Positions 8,817 through 18,859 of a DNA stretch of 64,000 nt are shown in pieces. Origin of the DNA: a virus; IMG/VR virus record IMGVR_UViG_3300045988_122538; one strand, given 5' to 3'. Each line of letters begins with the position of its first letter. Position 1 is the stretch's first letter. A program made the translations under genes and the position numbers. The notes beneath the pieces were generated by a model. That model did not search any database. It saw nothing but the letters and a program-made list of their open reading frames with translations, and was not told the DNA's origin.

Positions 8817-9024
8817 GTATAAGATATATTTTGACAACAAAGCATACACAGGAACATGCTATCTAAATCAAGGAAAGTATTATGCCATCCTTGATAGTAA
8901 AATTCCTAAGCTGTATAAGAATAAGGAAATTGCTGAACGTGCAGCTAAAGCTTGTGTACATCTATTTGCAAATTTATCAGCTGACTATGAAATCATTGAA
9001 ATAAAGGAGGGTGAATATGACTGA
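8809..9024 (+). CDS. Hypothetical protein
   Basis: 71-aa co-directional ORF with start/stop overlap. No motif recognised. Confidence 0.5.
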   Translation: MSRYKIYFDNKAYTGTCYLNQGKYYAILDSKIPKLYKNKEIAERAAKACVHLFANLSADYEIIEIKEGEYD

Positions 9025-9250
9025 ATTTGTTTCAAAAGTTAACAGAGATGAATATGAAATCATATTCAAAACAGACAAGGTGGCTGATTACAGAAAGATT
9101 CAAGAAGCAATCAGGAAAATTATAGACCGAAACAGAACTCAAATCTTATCTCGGTACATGGATATATGTGTATGCTGCGGTGCCGAAATTCCTGAGGGGC
9201 AACAAATATGCAATGAGTGTGAAAGGAGTGCTTATGGAAAAGATTTGTAA
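9017..9250 (+). CDS. Small zinc-ribbon protein
   Basis: RBS AAAGGAGGG at 9003-9011 and ATG at 9017. C-terminus CVCCGAEIPEGQQICNEC. Confidence 0.5.
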   Translation: MTEFVSKVNRDEYEIIFKTDKVADYRKIQEAIRKIIDRNRTQILSRYMDICVCCGAEIPEGQQICNECERSAYGKDL

Positions 9251-9557
9251 GATATGTGGTAAACCTAGATTCATGCTTTCATGGGAAGATACTTGCTACA
9301 CTTGTAAGCAGAAGCAACATCTAACAGCAATACAACAAATGATAAAAGATAATCAAGAAGATATTGATACGTTTTCTAGTGATTATATTATTTGTCCGTA
9401 TTGTGGCAATGCGTTAGATACTAAGTATGGGTATGAGGACTTCCCAGAATTATATGAAGAAGGTGATCATGAACTAGAATGTAGTGAGTGTGGAAAATCA
9501 TTTATAATGGAGACAATGGTATCATACTCCTATGAAACACGCAAACCCGATGAATGA
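9234..9557 (+). CDS. Double zinc-ribbon protein
   Basis: MEKICKICGKP..CYTCK and CPYCGN..CSECGK. RBS GAAAGGAG precedes the ATG at 9234. Confidence 0.5.
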   Translation: MEKICKICGKPRFMLSWEDTCYTCKQKQHLTAIQQMIKDNQEDIDTFSSDYIICPYCGNALDTKYGYEDFPELYEEGDHELECSECGKSFIMETMVSYSYETRKPDE

Positions 9558-9558
9558 T

Positions 9559-9569
9559 GAATCGTTATT
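9559..9569 (+). promoter_or_regulatory. Recurrent motif GAATCGTTATT followed by TATAAT
   Basis: Intergenic, 33 nt upstream of the ATG at 9602. The motif runs into TATAAT (9569-9574). Confidence 0.4.
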
Positions 9570-9601
9570 ATAATCATAAATAACCAAGGAGGGCTATACA
9601 T

Positions 9602-9871
9602 ATGATTACAAATTTCCGAGACTGGAAGCTGTTTGCACATGAGTTCTATGTGTACGAAGTAAACGATCATCGTAGATATGAGATACTGGTTGAATTTTAT
9701 GAACAATATACAAATGTACTCAACGCTATTGTGACACTGTACATCTCGGGATACTATGAGGATAAAAGACTAGAATCAGGTAAATGTTATAACAGACACC
9801 GCCTAGTTGATTCGAAACCGCTTCATGAAGCATTAAAGGTCGCACATATGCATTATGAAACAAATTTTTAA
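9602..9871 (+). CDS. Hypothetical protein
   Basis: 89-aa ORF with RBS AAGGAGGG upstream. Confidence 0.55.
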   Translation: MITNFRDWKLFAHEFYVYEVNDHRRYEILVEFYEQYTNVLNAIVTLYISGYYEDKRLESGKCYNRHRLVDSKPLHEALKVAHMHYETNF

Positions 9872-9886
9872 TGAGGAGACAGATGT

Positions 9887-10876
9887 ATGAATATCATTAA
9901 CGCAAACGCTAAATATCTTAATCCTGACAATGTACATCCTTACAAATTCATGGAAGTGATAGGACGTACTTGTTATAAGTCTGAAAACAATATAACAGAA
10001 GACAGCAGCACCAAGTTTGTAAGAACTCTTATGAACAATGGTCATACAGCAATGCTAGAACATTCGCATATCATTATACAGACAACTCGTGAACATGCAG
10101 CTTATGTCAGGGATGAGCTTGAATGTATAAATAATTCCTATATCACGATAACAATCAACTCACGTTCTGAAGATGAAGGAAACTTCATTTCGGGTTCCTT
10201 CAGAGCATTTCTTCAACTTTTTGATTTAGATGCAAATTGGGACAGAGCTATATATGATGATAAAATGATGTACGTTCTTCATAATGAATATCCTGAGGTA
10301 TTCAATGGTCCTGATGTAGAACCTAATGACGTAGATTGTAAGATTCTTTCAAGATCAGAATTTATTGATGCTGTAAGATCTGCATATTGTTTCAGCGACA
10401 AGCATACTATTGCAAACTCTATCATTCGTAGACATCTTACACATACAATCAAGTTTACATGCGACAGAGGTGTATCTCATGAATTTGTAAGACATCGTCC
10501 TGCATCGTTTGCTCAAGAATCTACAAGATACTGCAACTATTCTAAATATAAATTCGGCAGTGAAATTACATTTATTCGACCTTGTTTTTGGGATGTAGGT
10601 TCTGATAAATTTACGATGTGGAGAGTAGCTTGCGAAAATGCTGAAAACACTTATTTTGACCTGCTGAATAGTGGTGCTACACCTCAAGAAGCAAGATCTG
10701 TGTTACCAAATTCGTTGAAAACAGAGCTGATTGTAACCGCTACTGAAGACGAATGGAATCATATTGTTAACCTCAGATATTATGGTACTACAGGTAAACC
10801 GCATCCTCAGATGGTTGAAGTAATGAACATTGCTCATCCGTTATTAGTAAACGCTTCGGAATCCAGAATTCATTAA
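9887..10876 (+). CDS. thyX: Flavin-dependent thymidylate synthase
   Basis: ThyX signature RHRxxSxxxxSxRY is present as FVRHRPASFAQESTRY, with typical flanking regions (MLEHS, SVLPNSLKTE). Confidence 0.9.
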   Translation: MNIINANAKYLNPDNVHPYKFMEVIGRTCYKSENNITEDSSTKFVRTLMNNGHTAMLEHSHIIIQTTREHAAYVRDELECINNSYITITINSRSEDEGNFISGSFRAFLQLFDLDANWDRAIYDDKMMYVLHNEYPEVFNGPDVEPNDVDCKILSRSEFIDAVRSAYCFSDKHTIANSIIRRHLTHTIKFTCDRGVSHEFVRHRPASFAQESTRYCNYSKYKFGSEITFIRPCFWDVGSDKFTMWRVACENAENTYFDLLNSGATPQEARSVLPNSLKTELIVTATEDEWNHIVNLRYYGTTGKPHPQMVEVMNIAHPLLVNASESRIH

Positions 10877-10901
10877 GTACAATATCTGTAAAATACAAAT
10901 A

Positions 10902-10953
10902 AAATCACCTTCTTAAACCTTATATAACAGTAAAGGTAAGAGGGTGATTTTCT
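10902..10953 (+). terminator. Long imperfect hairpin after thyX
   Basis: AAATCACCTTCTTA (10902-10915) pairs with TAAGAGGGTGATTT (10937-10950) with one mismatch, then TTCT. Confidence 0.4.
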
Positions 10954-11184
10954 ATGAATGACTGTTTATGTATAGAAGTTCCTAATGCAGGTTGCTGCAT
11001 CAAACCTGGCAACATTGTAAGATTAGGAAGATTCAAACAAGAACGATGGTTAGTTAAATATGACTGGTATTCATGGGGTGGTAATCGCCCTGTATTAGGT
11101 TGGTTTCTTATAAGAGAGAAAAATAAAGAGATAAAACCATTACAACTACCAGATCTAGACGATATTTATGTTATCGAATCATAA
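10954..11184 (+). CDS. Small protein homologous to the N-terminal domain of the following fibre protein
   Basis: GNIVRLGRFKQERWLVKYDWYSWGG..GWFL...IKPLQLPDLDDIYVIES parallels GSVVILSRFPDTKWVLQDGWYMYEG..GWYF...ILPLQGTDLLGLVIVS at the start of the ORF at 11185. Confidence 0.55.
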   Translation: MNDCLCIEVPNAGCCIKPGNIVRLGRFKQERWLVKYDWYSWGGNRPVLGWFLIREKNKEIKPLQLPDLDDIYVIES

Positions 11185-13590
11185 TTGGAGGTGATACAAT
11201 TGCATAGCATTAAAATTCCAGATACGTGTCAAGAAATAACTGTAGGTAGCGTTGTTATTTTGAGTAGATTTCCGGATACTAAATGGGTACTACAGGATGG
11301 TTGGTACATGTATGAAGGTCAACAATATAATGGTTGGTATTTTAGCTCTATACCAGCTCAAACTATTTTACCACTTCAAGGTACAGATCTATTAGGACTT
11401 GTAATAGTATCAGGAGGTTCATGCAAGCCAATTCCACACCCACCTTGCCCGTGTCCAGGTCCAACTCCGAGTCCAACTCAGCCAAGATCTGTTGAAAAAT
11501 ATATGCAAGGTGTGAATTACGTTGAAGGTCAGCTTGTATGGCTTGAGACTGGGGTAATTTATCAAGTTGTATCTGATTTTCGTTCAAGTTCTACTTCGGA
11601 ATCAGCGTCAGAAGACTTGAAATTAGATGTTACAGCTGGAAAGCTTATTCCTATTTCATCAGATATTACATCTGTAGGTAGTATCAGCTTGTATATCAAT
11701 TTCAAAGAAGTATTTGGAACTGCTAATCCCGAAAAATCTAATGCTGATGCTTATCTTGCTACGTTTGATCCACCGATTGTACCGTCTGACGGTATACAAT
11801 TTGTAAATTCTGATAAAACAGCTGCTACATTTGGTACTGTATATCAATATATGAGAGTTCCAGGTTCAGATGAACTTATATTTCAAGCAATTTTAGGTTT
11901 GAAAGGTGATATAGGCCCAGAAGGACCTCAAGGGAAACCTGGAAATGATGGGAAATCTGCATATCAGTGCTGGTTAGATGCTGGAAATACTGGTTCTGAG
12001 ACTGATTTCTTGAATTCATTGAAAGGTGAAAATGGAGAACCAGGTAAAGACGGTACAAATGGTGTAGACGGTACAGATGGACAAGACGGTCAACCTGGTA
12101 AATCTGCATATGAAATTGCAGTAGACGCTGGATACGAAGGTAGTAAAGAAGCATGGCTTGCATCCTTAAAAGGTGAGCCAGGTCCTCAAGGTATTCAAGG
12201 CGAACAAGGTATTCAAGGTCCTCAAGGTGTTCAAGGTCCTCAAGGTGTTCAAGGTTCATCTGGTTCTGATGGTCTATCTGCATATGAAGTCGCACGTAAA
12301 AATAGTTATACCGGTTCTGAGTCTGAATGGTTGAGTAGCTTGAAGGGCGATATCGGTGAAACTGGTCCTCAAGGACCTAAGGGCGATACTGGTGATTCTG
12401 GTTCTAAAGGCGATACTGGTGAAACTGGTCCTCAGGGTGAACCTGGTAGTGATGGTGTATCTGTAACTAATGCTGTTGTAAATGAGTCTGGTCACTTGAT
12501 TATATCATTAAGCAATAGTCAAACATTAGATGCAGGTTATGTTAAAGGTGCAGATGGTACTTCTATAAATATCAAAGGTGATCTTAACTCTACTTCTGAA
12601 CTTCCAAGTTCTGGACAGCAACTAGGAGATTGTTATCTCATATCAGGTGATTTATGGGTTTATACTGGTAGCACAGAATCTGGATCAATAAATGGATTCA
12701 AGAATGCAGGGACAATTCAAGGACCAGCAGGTAGAGGAATTTCATCTGTAGCTGTAAATAGCAGCGGACAACTTGTAGTAACTTATTCTGACAGCACTTC
12801 TGACAATTTAGGAAAAGTTGTAGGTGACAACGGTAAATCTGCATACCAAATTGCAGTAGATGGTGGTTATGACGGATCTGAATCTGACTGGATAGCTTCA
12901 CTTAAGGGTGAAAAGGGTGATTCTGGTGATAAAGGTCCTCAAGGCGATCCTGGTACCGATGGTAAAAATGGTGATAACGGACAATCTGCATATCAAATAT
13001 GGCTGTCACTTGGAAACACTGGTACTGAATCTGATTTTATTGCTTCATTGAAAGGCGAACAAGGTATCCAAGGTGTTCAAGGTGAACAAGGCGTTCAAGG
13101 TGAGCAAGGAATTCAAGGTGAGTCTGGAGCTGATGGACGTAGTATTGTTAAGATAGTATTCAAAAGCAGCTCTACAGGTAGCAGTGCTGGGACGGCCGGT
13201 GCTATAGATACTTATGAAATAACATACTCAGATAATACTACATCTGAATTCCAGATAAAGAATGGTGAACAAGGACCTCAAGGTGTACCAGGTTCAGAAG
13301 GACCATCCGGTGTTGGAATTTCAAGCGTAACATTTACATCTAGTACAGGTGGGGATACAGCAGGAATAGCTGGAGCTACAGATACTTACACAATCACATT
13401 TACAGACAATACAACTTCAACATTTGTTGTACACAATGGTGCAGATGGTAGTGGCAGCATTATCATAGATTCTGCAATGAGCGATACAAGCGGTAACACA
13501 GTTGAAAACCGAGTTATCAAAAAATATGTTGATGATATTGTAGGCAATATACAGTCTGTATTATCTACTGTTGTGGAGGTGACTGAATAA
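11185..13590 (+). CDS. Collagen-like repeat tail fibre protein
   Basis: Long G-X-Y runs (GPQGIQGEQGIQGPQGVQGPQGVQG and others). These alternate with five copies of a phage-fibre repeat, SAY(E/Q)IAV..G(Y/N).GSE.(D/E)W(L/I)ASLKG(E/D), and with repeated beta-rich modules. The start codon (TTG) is uncertain. Confidence 0.8.
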   Translation: MEVIQLHSIKIPDTCQEITVGSVVILSRFPDTKWVLQDGWYMYEGQQYNGWYFSSIPAQTILPLQGTDLLGLVIVSGGSCKPIPHPPCPCPGPTPSPTQPRSVEKYMQGVNYVEGQLVWLETGVIYQVVSDFRSSSTSESASEDLKLDVTAGKLIPISSDITSVGSISLYINFKEVFGTANPEKSNADAYLATFDPPIVPSDGIQFVNSDKTAATFGTVYQYMRVPGSDELIFQAILGLKGDIGPEGPQGKPGNDGKSAYQCWLDAGNTGSETDFLNSLKGENGEPGKDGTNGVDGTDGQDGQPGKSAYEIAVDAGYEGSKEAWLASLKGEPGPQGIQGEQGIQGPQGVQGPQGVQGSSGSDGLSAYEVARKNSYTGSESEWLSSLKGDIGETGPQGPKGDTGDSGSKGDTGETGPQGEPGSDGVSVTNAVVNESGHLIISLSNSQTLDAGYVKGADGTSINIKGDLNSTSELPSSGQQLGDCYLISGDLWVYTGSTESGSINGFKNAGTIQGPAGRGISSVAVNSSGQLVVTYSDSTSDNLGKVVGDNGKSAYQIAVDGGYDGSESDWIASLKGEKGDSGDKGPQGDPGTDGKNGDNGQSAYQIWLSLGNTGTESDFIASLKGEQGIQGVQGEQGVQGEQGIQGESGADGRSIVKIVFKSSSTGSSAGTAGAIDTYEITYSDNTTSEFQIKNGEQGPQGVPGSEGPSGVGISSVTFTSSTGGDTAGIAGATDTYTITFTDNTTSTFVVHNGADGSGSIIIDSAMSDTSGNTVENRVIKKYVDDIVGNIQSVLSTVVEVTE

Positions 13591-14537
13591 TGGCTACTGT
13601 AACACAGCAACTTTCTGAACTTGTTAACCAACGAAATAAACTTGCTGAAAATCTAACAACTAAAGGTGTAACAGCATCTTCTACTGAAAAGTTCAATACA
13701 CTTGTACCAAAAGTGCTTGATATTCCCTCAGGTATTGACACATCTGATGCTACTGCAGCTGCAGGTGATATCATCAAAGATAAGACTGCATATGCTAATG
13801 GTAAAAAGTTGACTGGTACTTGCGAAGAAATCACTGATACAATATACACACCTACTGTTATAGATCAAATTATTGCTGGACCAAAAATGATACCAAGCAA
13901 TAAAACATTAACATTCAAAGGTGATACTAATTTAATAGCAAGCAATATCAAGAAAGGTATCAGTATATTTGGAGTGACTGGTACCTATGAAGGTAGTGGT
14001 GGCGGAACAGTTACCACTGATATATTAAATTGTTCATCAATGACATCATCTGCAGAAGTATATACGGCATACAAAGATATTGTTATGGTTTCTAATGATG
14101 GTGAGTATGCAACATTCTCTAATCTCACAGATTATATCGATTATCAAACAATAGCAGCTGCATATGAGAAAGACCTTGCAGGCATAAATATCAGGACTGC
14201 ATCTGATGAAGTAGGATTATATTTTACAATACCTGTAAATATTCAATCTTCATATGCTATCTTAAAACTTATCTATTATGTATCAACATGGATCAATCCT
14301 TCGATTCAATTCAACTTGGTAGATGCTGATTCCTTAGATGAGATTCCTACTAAAATAGCTGCAAATGAATATGTCTATACAAAATCACTTGTATTAGGTA
14401 ATGTCCATAACAAATCATCATCTTTCTATGAATTGACAGATCTACCTATAGGTTCGCATTATGTATGCATAACTGTACCTACAAAGACAGGTGGTAATGA
14501 AGCATTGATAAGTACTATTCAATTGATGGAAATATAA
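13590..14537 (+). CDS. Hypothetical structural protein (tail fibre module)
   Basis: Start overlaps the fibre gene stop (TAATG). Ser/Thr/Gly-rich. Function inferred from position only. Confidence 0.5.
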   Translation: MATVTQQLSELVNQRNKLAENLTTKGVTASSTEKFNTLVPKVLDIPSGIDTSDATAAAGDIIKDKTAYANGKKLTGTCEEITDTIYTPTVIDQIIAGPKMIPSNKTLTFKGDTNLIASNIKKGISIFGVTGTYEGSGGGTVTTDILNCSSMTSSAEVYTAYKDIVMVSNDGEYATFSNLTDYIDYQTIAAAYEKDLAGINIRTASDEVGLYFTIPVNIQSSYAILKLIYYVSTWINPSIQFNLVDADSLDEIPTKIAANEYVYTKSLVLGNVHNKSSSFYELTDLPIGSHYVCITVPTKTGGNEALISTIQLMEI

Positions 14538-14550
14538 GAGGTGATTAAAT

Positions 14551-15366
14551 ATGATTTTGAATTCTATAGAATCTGTAAATCGTTATGACTATACACAGTT
14601 ATCTGGTAACATCTACAAGATTCATTTACGTACTGATATTGTAAATCACACTACATATTATTCATACAATGAGTATGTTTTAGTGACTGAGATATCGTCT
14701 GAAGATATTGATGATACAATTAACAACAATTTCGACAGCTATCTCGAAATTGCTAAATTGAATGATGAAGAGCGTAAGAAAGAAAATATGATTGAGACGT
14801 ATAAACATACGCTCAATAATTCTGACTATATGATTATCAAGAATCTTGAAAATTATGTATTAGGACTTACTCTTCCTTATGAATATTCTACTTTGATTGC
14901 AAAACGTCAAGAACTCAGAGATAATATAAATAACTTAGAGTCAACAGAATCAAGTACATTAGATGCAGAATTAGCACAGTGTAAATCTAGAAAAATTACA
15001 GAGATGTGTGCAGTATGTCAGACAACTATTACAAATGGCATTGATTATAACAATGAACATTATCGTTTGAATGCTACAGATCAGATAAACCTTACATCAT
15101 TATACACATTAGCACAAGCTGGTCAGTCTGTTCCGTATCATGCTGATGGTTCTGTATGCCGTATTTACAAACCTGATGAACTAATTGGATTAGTACAGTC
15201 CGGAATAAAGTGGGTTACATATCACACTACATACTTCAATCTTCTCAAGCATCAAATTGAAAGTATGGAAACTGTTGAAGAAATCAGCAATGTTACGTAT
15301 GGTATGACGCTTAAAGATGAATATCAAGCTATAATCAACGCAATAACAAGTGGTGATTCTAAATGA
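14551..15366 (+). CDS. Hypothetical protein (tail fibre module)
   Basis: 271-aa ORF with RBS AGAGGTGA upstream. No motif recognised. Confidence 0.5.
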   Translation: MILNSIESVNRYDYTQLSGNIYKIHLRTDIVNHTTYYSYNEYVLVTEISSEDIDDTINNNFDSYLEIAKLNDEERKKENMIETYKHTLNNSDYMIIKNLENYVLGLTLPYEYSTLIAKRQELRDNINNLESTESSTLDAELAQCKSRKITEMCAVCQTTITNGIDYNNEHYRLNATDQINLTSLYTLAQAGQSVPYHADGSVCRIYKPDELIGLVQSGIKWVTYHTTYFNLLKHQIESMETVEEISNVTYGMTLKDEYQAIINAITSGDSK

Positions 15367-15794
15367 AATATATCAAAAGTCTAATTAAGTATGCAGTATT
15401 ATTCTTTTTCGGAGGTCTAGTATATTACTTGATTGAAATACTGTGGAGAGGGTATTCTCATTGGACTATGATCATACTCGGAGGTTTATGCTTTGTAGCT
15501 GTAGGACTTATCAATAATATTTTACCATGGAATATGGTGATTGAACTTCAAGCACTAATAGGTGCTGTATTGATAACATCACTAGAGTTTGTAGTTGGGT
15601 TGATAGTCAATGTTAATTTAGGATGGGATATATGGGATTATTCAAATGTTCCATTCAATTTTCTAGGGCAAATATGTTTACCGTTTTCGTTATTATGGTA
15701 TATGCTCAGTATAATAGTAATATTCACAGACGACTATATTCGTCATATATTCTTCAATGAAAAGAAACCAGTATACAAAAGTATATTTATTTAA
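15363..15794 (+). CDS. Multi-pass membrane protein, CmpB/DUF1113-like
   Basis: Four hydrophobic segments. The motif LGWDIWDYSNVPFNFLGQICLPFSLLWY resembles the WDYS..P.N..G.I.L..S..W core of the putative ABC-transporter type IV (CmpB) family. Confidence 0.5.
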   Translation: MKYIKSLIKYAVLFFFGGLVYYLIEILWRGYSHWTMIILGGLCFVAVGLINNILPWNMVIELQALIGAVLITSLEFVVGLIVNVNLGWDIWDYSNVPFNFLGQICLPFSLLWYMLSIIVIFTDDYIRHIFFNEKKPVYKSIFI

Positions 15795-15813
15795 TAGGTA
15801 AGGAGGGCTTACA

Positions 15814-18417
15814 ATGCCAAGGCAAATATGGAATGAAGGCAGAGTAGTTGGATATTCTGCATATGAAGTATATGTGAAGCATGCTCTCAGTGTAGATCCA
15901 GATCATGAACCTGCAACTGAAAAAGAATGGCTTGCATCTATGATGGCAATGGGTTCATCTATGCTTCTTCGAATTGGTGTAGATCCAGTAGGCCTAGCAT
16001 ATGATGGTCTACATTATAGAGATATTCAATTTCCAGAAGATTCAAGATTATGTGCAGCTAATACCATAATGGCATCATTCTTTGACGGTGAGGGATATGT
16101 TGGTACAGTTAGCCCGTCTGATGACCTAACAGGATGGGCAACTAAAGTTACAAGTTATGGTTCACTAATAAATAATAACTCTACATCTTATCCTTCTGAT
16201 ACTATAGATACTGACGGAACTGTACCACCTACTGGTATAAAGGCGATTACAAATACAACAATTGTACCAAGAATCAAAGAGTACATGAAAATTGTTGATG
16301 GTATCATTATACAACCAGGTACGTGGACAGATAATCCTAATACACCACCACAAAAAGACTTCAAACCTACACTATCAAAGTATCCAAGACTTCGTATCGC
16401 ATTTAGTGAGAGAATCACAACACCATTTTTCTTGTTACTTACAGGATTCACAAATAGAACTGTAGTAGATGGTACAACTGGTTTTGATACAGCAGTCAAT
16501 ACATTATCTCCGTCTGATGGTGATTTCTTAGGACCTTGGGCATTTCCTTGGTCAGCTAAGGTTATATTCTCTGTACCATCTTCTTTCATAAATTATTTTA
16601 TGAATAATAATTACACAAGACAGCTCAAAACAGGAACATCTGAAATATCTGTTAAATCAGATACTATCATAGATTTGAAGCAGAATCATAATTCTGATTT
16701 ATCATCTATATATTTCAGCAATGAGGATACAGAATCTACTTTACCTGCAAAGGTAGTTGATATAAATATATTAGGAGATGACGCAGCTGTATTTGCTACT
16801 TATATGCATTCAGATAATGATGTTAAACTCCCACCTGCATTATATGCATCACTTGTTAACTCAGAAGGTGATACTAAGTTTGAACCCGTAGACACTGTTG
16901 CACCTGGATCATTGCATCTTTATAGCGGAGATACTGCATCTGAATCATCTATAACAATAACAAAAGCAAAAACACTTGAAGCTAATGCTAAAGGGGCAAC
17001 TGCTTTTATGCGAGATGAAGGTAGTGATGAAGATTCTAAATCTTCTGCGTCTTATGTTGTATATGAATTGAATCAAATTGATCAAGTAGTACCTGTTTCT
17101 GATGACTATAATGTTTCTATTTGGGGTGCATTATCTATCACAGAACCTATACCACCATATTTCTGTATGCAACACAACATTCAAGATCCAGATGATTGGT
17201 TTACTATGTGGGTTGTAGCTAGTTGGAGAATATTCGGTAACGTATCAAAAGCATTCGAGAAAGCATTTGCTCTAAGTCCGGCACAGATTGACGCTATATT
17301 GAATACACATACAGGTGATAATCATGTTTCAGTAAATTCATCTATGTATGAACAAGTGAAGAATAAAAATGATTATTACTACATAGTAAGTGGACCTCGT
17401 AAAGGAGATGGTGGTCATGGTGGAGCGAATTACTGGAATATAATACCAGTTAGAAAAATAGACGGTCATATTGATGTAGTATACAAGCAATATTACGACT
17501 CAGATAACAACTCATATACAGGATCTGATGGTAGACCTCATAATGTTGTGGAATTGATTCAGCCTAATTCTACTAATACAACAAATGCATCAATCAATAA
17601 CTACAAGTATGTAGGTGGTTATTGGAATGGCGAAGGGCCTTCTGATAACCCTAAATTGTACGATGTAATGCCAGAAGATGTTAAGAAAAACTCATTCATA
17701 CAAGACAAAAATCGTAAAGCTCCTAAATCATCTGGTTCATGGGTTGATGATTATAAAAATGTAACATTACAAGCACTTGCAAATTCTACAGGTATTGATA
17801 TATCTCATGTAGCACAAGAATTTCGTTCACTAAGTCTACTTGAGATTGTAAATAAAGCTAGATTGTATAAACTAGGAAATGGTGAAAAAATAACATATAC
17901 ATCAGATGGTAAAACATATGAAGGCAGACATAAAGATATCTTATGTATTCCATTTGCAAGCAACATCAAAGTTTCTAATAACACTGTAGACTTTGATAGT
18001 TTTACCGATGATTGTGTTTTAACTGCAAATATAACAGCTGTAACTGAAAACAGAACTACATTGTTGCCATTACCTTCTATATATCAACGAACAGACGGTC
18101 CATTGGCTGCTGTAGGTGTATCTGGTAACAACCAAACATTCAGCTTATCTGTAGCTGATAGCTATGGAAATATGTATGATCTATATGGTTTTTCAGATGA
18201 TATGAAATGCGATGAATTCAGAGATAACAAACTGCATTGGTCAGATTTAGTAGACTGTTTAGCTTCAGGTAAATCTATAGATTTGCTAGGACCTGTTCTT
18301 CGTGGTATTGTAAATAGTTGCCCATCTTCTGATGATAAGTTAACAGAAGGAAATTACATCATAAATATAACTAAAAATAGTAGCGGAAAATTTGATGTTA
18401 AGCTGGTAAAGCAGTAA
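15814..18417 (+). CDS. Large structural protein, probable second fibre / receptor-binding protein
   Basis: 867 aa. The N-terminus GYSAYEVYVKHALS..ATEKEWLASM carries the same SAYE...EWLAS motif as the collagen-like fibre. RBS AAGGAGGG upstream. Confidence 0.5.
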   Translation: MPRQIWNEGRVVGYSAYEVYVKHALSVDPDHEPATEKEWLASMMAMGSSMLLRIGVDPVGLAYDGLHYRDIQFPEDSRLCAANTIMASFFDGEGYVGTVSPSDDLTGWATKVTSYGSLINNNSTSYPSDTIDTDGTVPPTGIKAITNTTIVPRIKEYMKIVDGIIIQPGTWTDNPNTPPQKDFKPTLSKYPRLRIAFSERITTPFFLLLTGFTNRTVVDGTTGFDTAVNTLSPSDGDFLGPWAFPWSAKVIFSVPSSFINYFMNNNYTRQLKTGTSEISVKSDTIIDLKQNHNSDLSSIYFSNEDTESTLPAKVVDINILGDDAAVFATYMHSDNDVKLPPALYASLVNSEGDTKFEPVDTVAPGSLHLYSGDTASESSITITKAKTLEANAKGATAFMRDEGSDEDSKSSASYVVYELNQIDQVVPVSDDYNVSIWGALSITEPIPPYFCMQHNIQDPDDWFTMWVVASWRIFGNVSKAFEKAFALSPAQIDAILNTHTGDNHVSVNSSMYEQVKNKNDYYYIVSGPRKGDGGHGGANYWNIIPVRKIDGHIDVVYKQYYDSDNNSYTGSDGRPHNVVELIQPNSTNTTNASINNYKYVGGYWNGEGPSDNPKLYDVMPEDVKKNSFIQDKNRKAPKSSGSWVDDYKNVTLQALANSTGIDISHVAQEFRSLSLLEIVNKARLYKLGNGEKITYTSDGKTYEGRHKDILCIPFASNIKVSNNTVDFDSFTDDCVLTANITAVTENRTTLLPLPSIYQRTDGPLAAVGVSGNNQTFSLSVADSYGNMYDLYGFSDDMKCDEFRDNKLHWSDLVDCLASGKSIDLLGPVLRGIVNSCPSSDDKLTEGNYIINITKNSSGKFDVKLVKQ

Positions 18418-18427
18418 GGAGTTCGAC

Positions 18428-18829
18428 ATGAAAATATTATGTGCAGCTAATAAACCTACTCAGATTCCAGCAAGTCAACAAGTGAACCGAGTTGGAAAGT
18501 ACTTGTATAAGCATCTTGATGGTGCATATGAATATCATAAATCAGGTAATATGTACGATGTATATTGTACATTATTATATGAGTTGAAAGAGGAGTTTGG
18601 CGGTACTAAGAATGATGTTAAGGATATGACTATTAACATAAACATAACAACATATCAGAATAAACTTCGAATCAACACAATTGAAATGACTCCTCAAGAA
18701 CGTACTCTCGGATTTGATCTTATGAAGCCTGAAGATCTTATTGACCTGCAAGAAGCTATGAATATCATAAAGAAGAAAGTAGGTAACAGAATTCGCAGAG
18801 CTTATAAGAACTATATCATATTGTTCTAA
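18428..18829 (+). CDS. Hypothetical protein
   Basis: 133-aa ORF with RBS TAAGGAG upstream. Confidence 0.5.
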   Translation: MKILCAANKPTQIPASQQVNRVGKYLYKHLDGAYEYHKSGNMYDVYCTLLYELKEEFGGTKNDVKDMTININITTYQNKLRINTIEMTPQERTLGFDLMKPEDLIDLQEAMNIIKKKVGNRIRRAYKNYIILF

Positions 18830-18859
18830 TAAATTTCAGCCTCCTAATTTTATATATCT

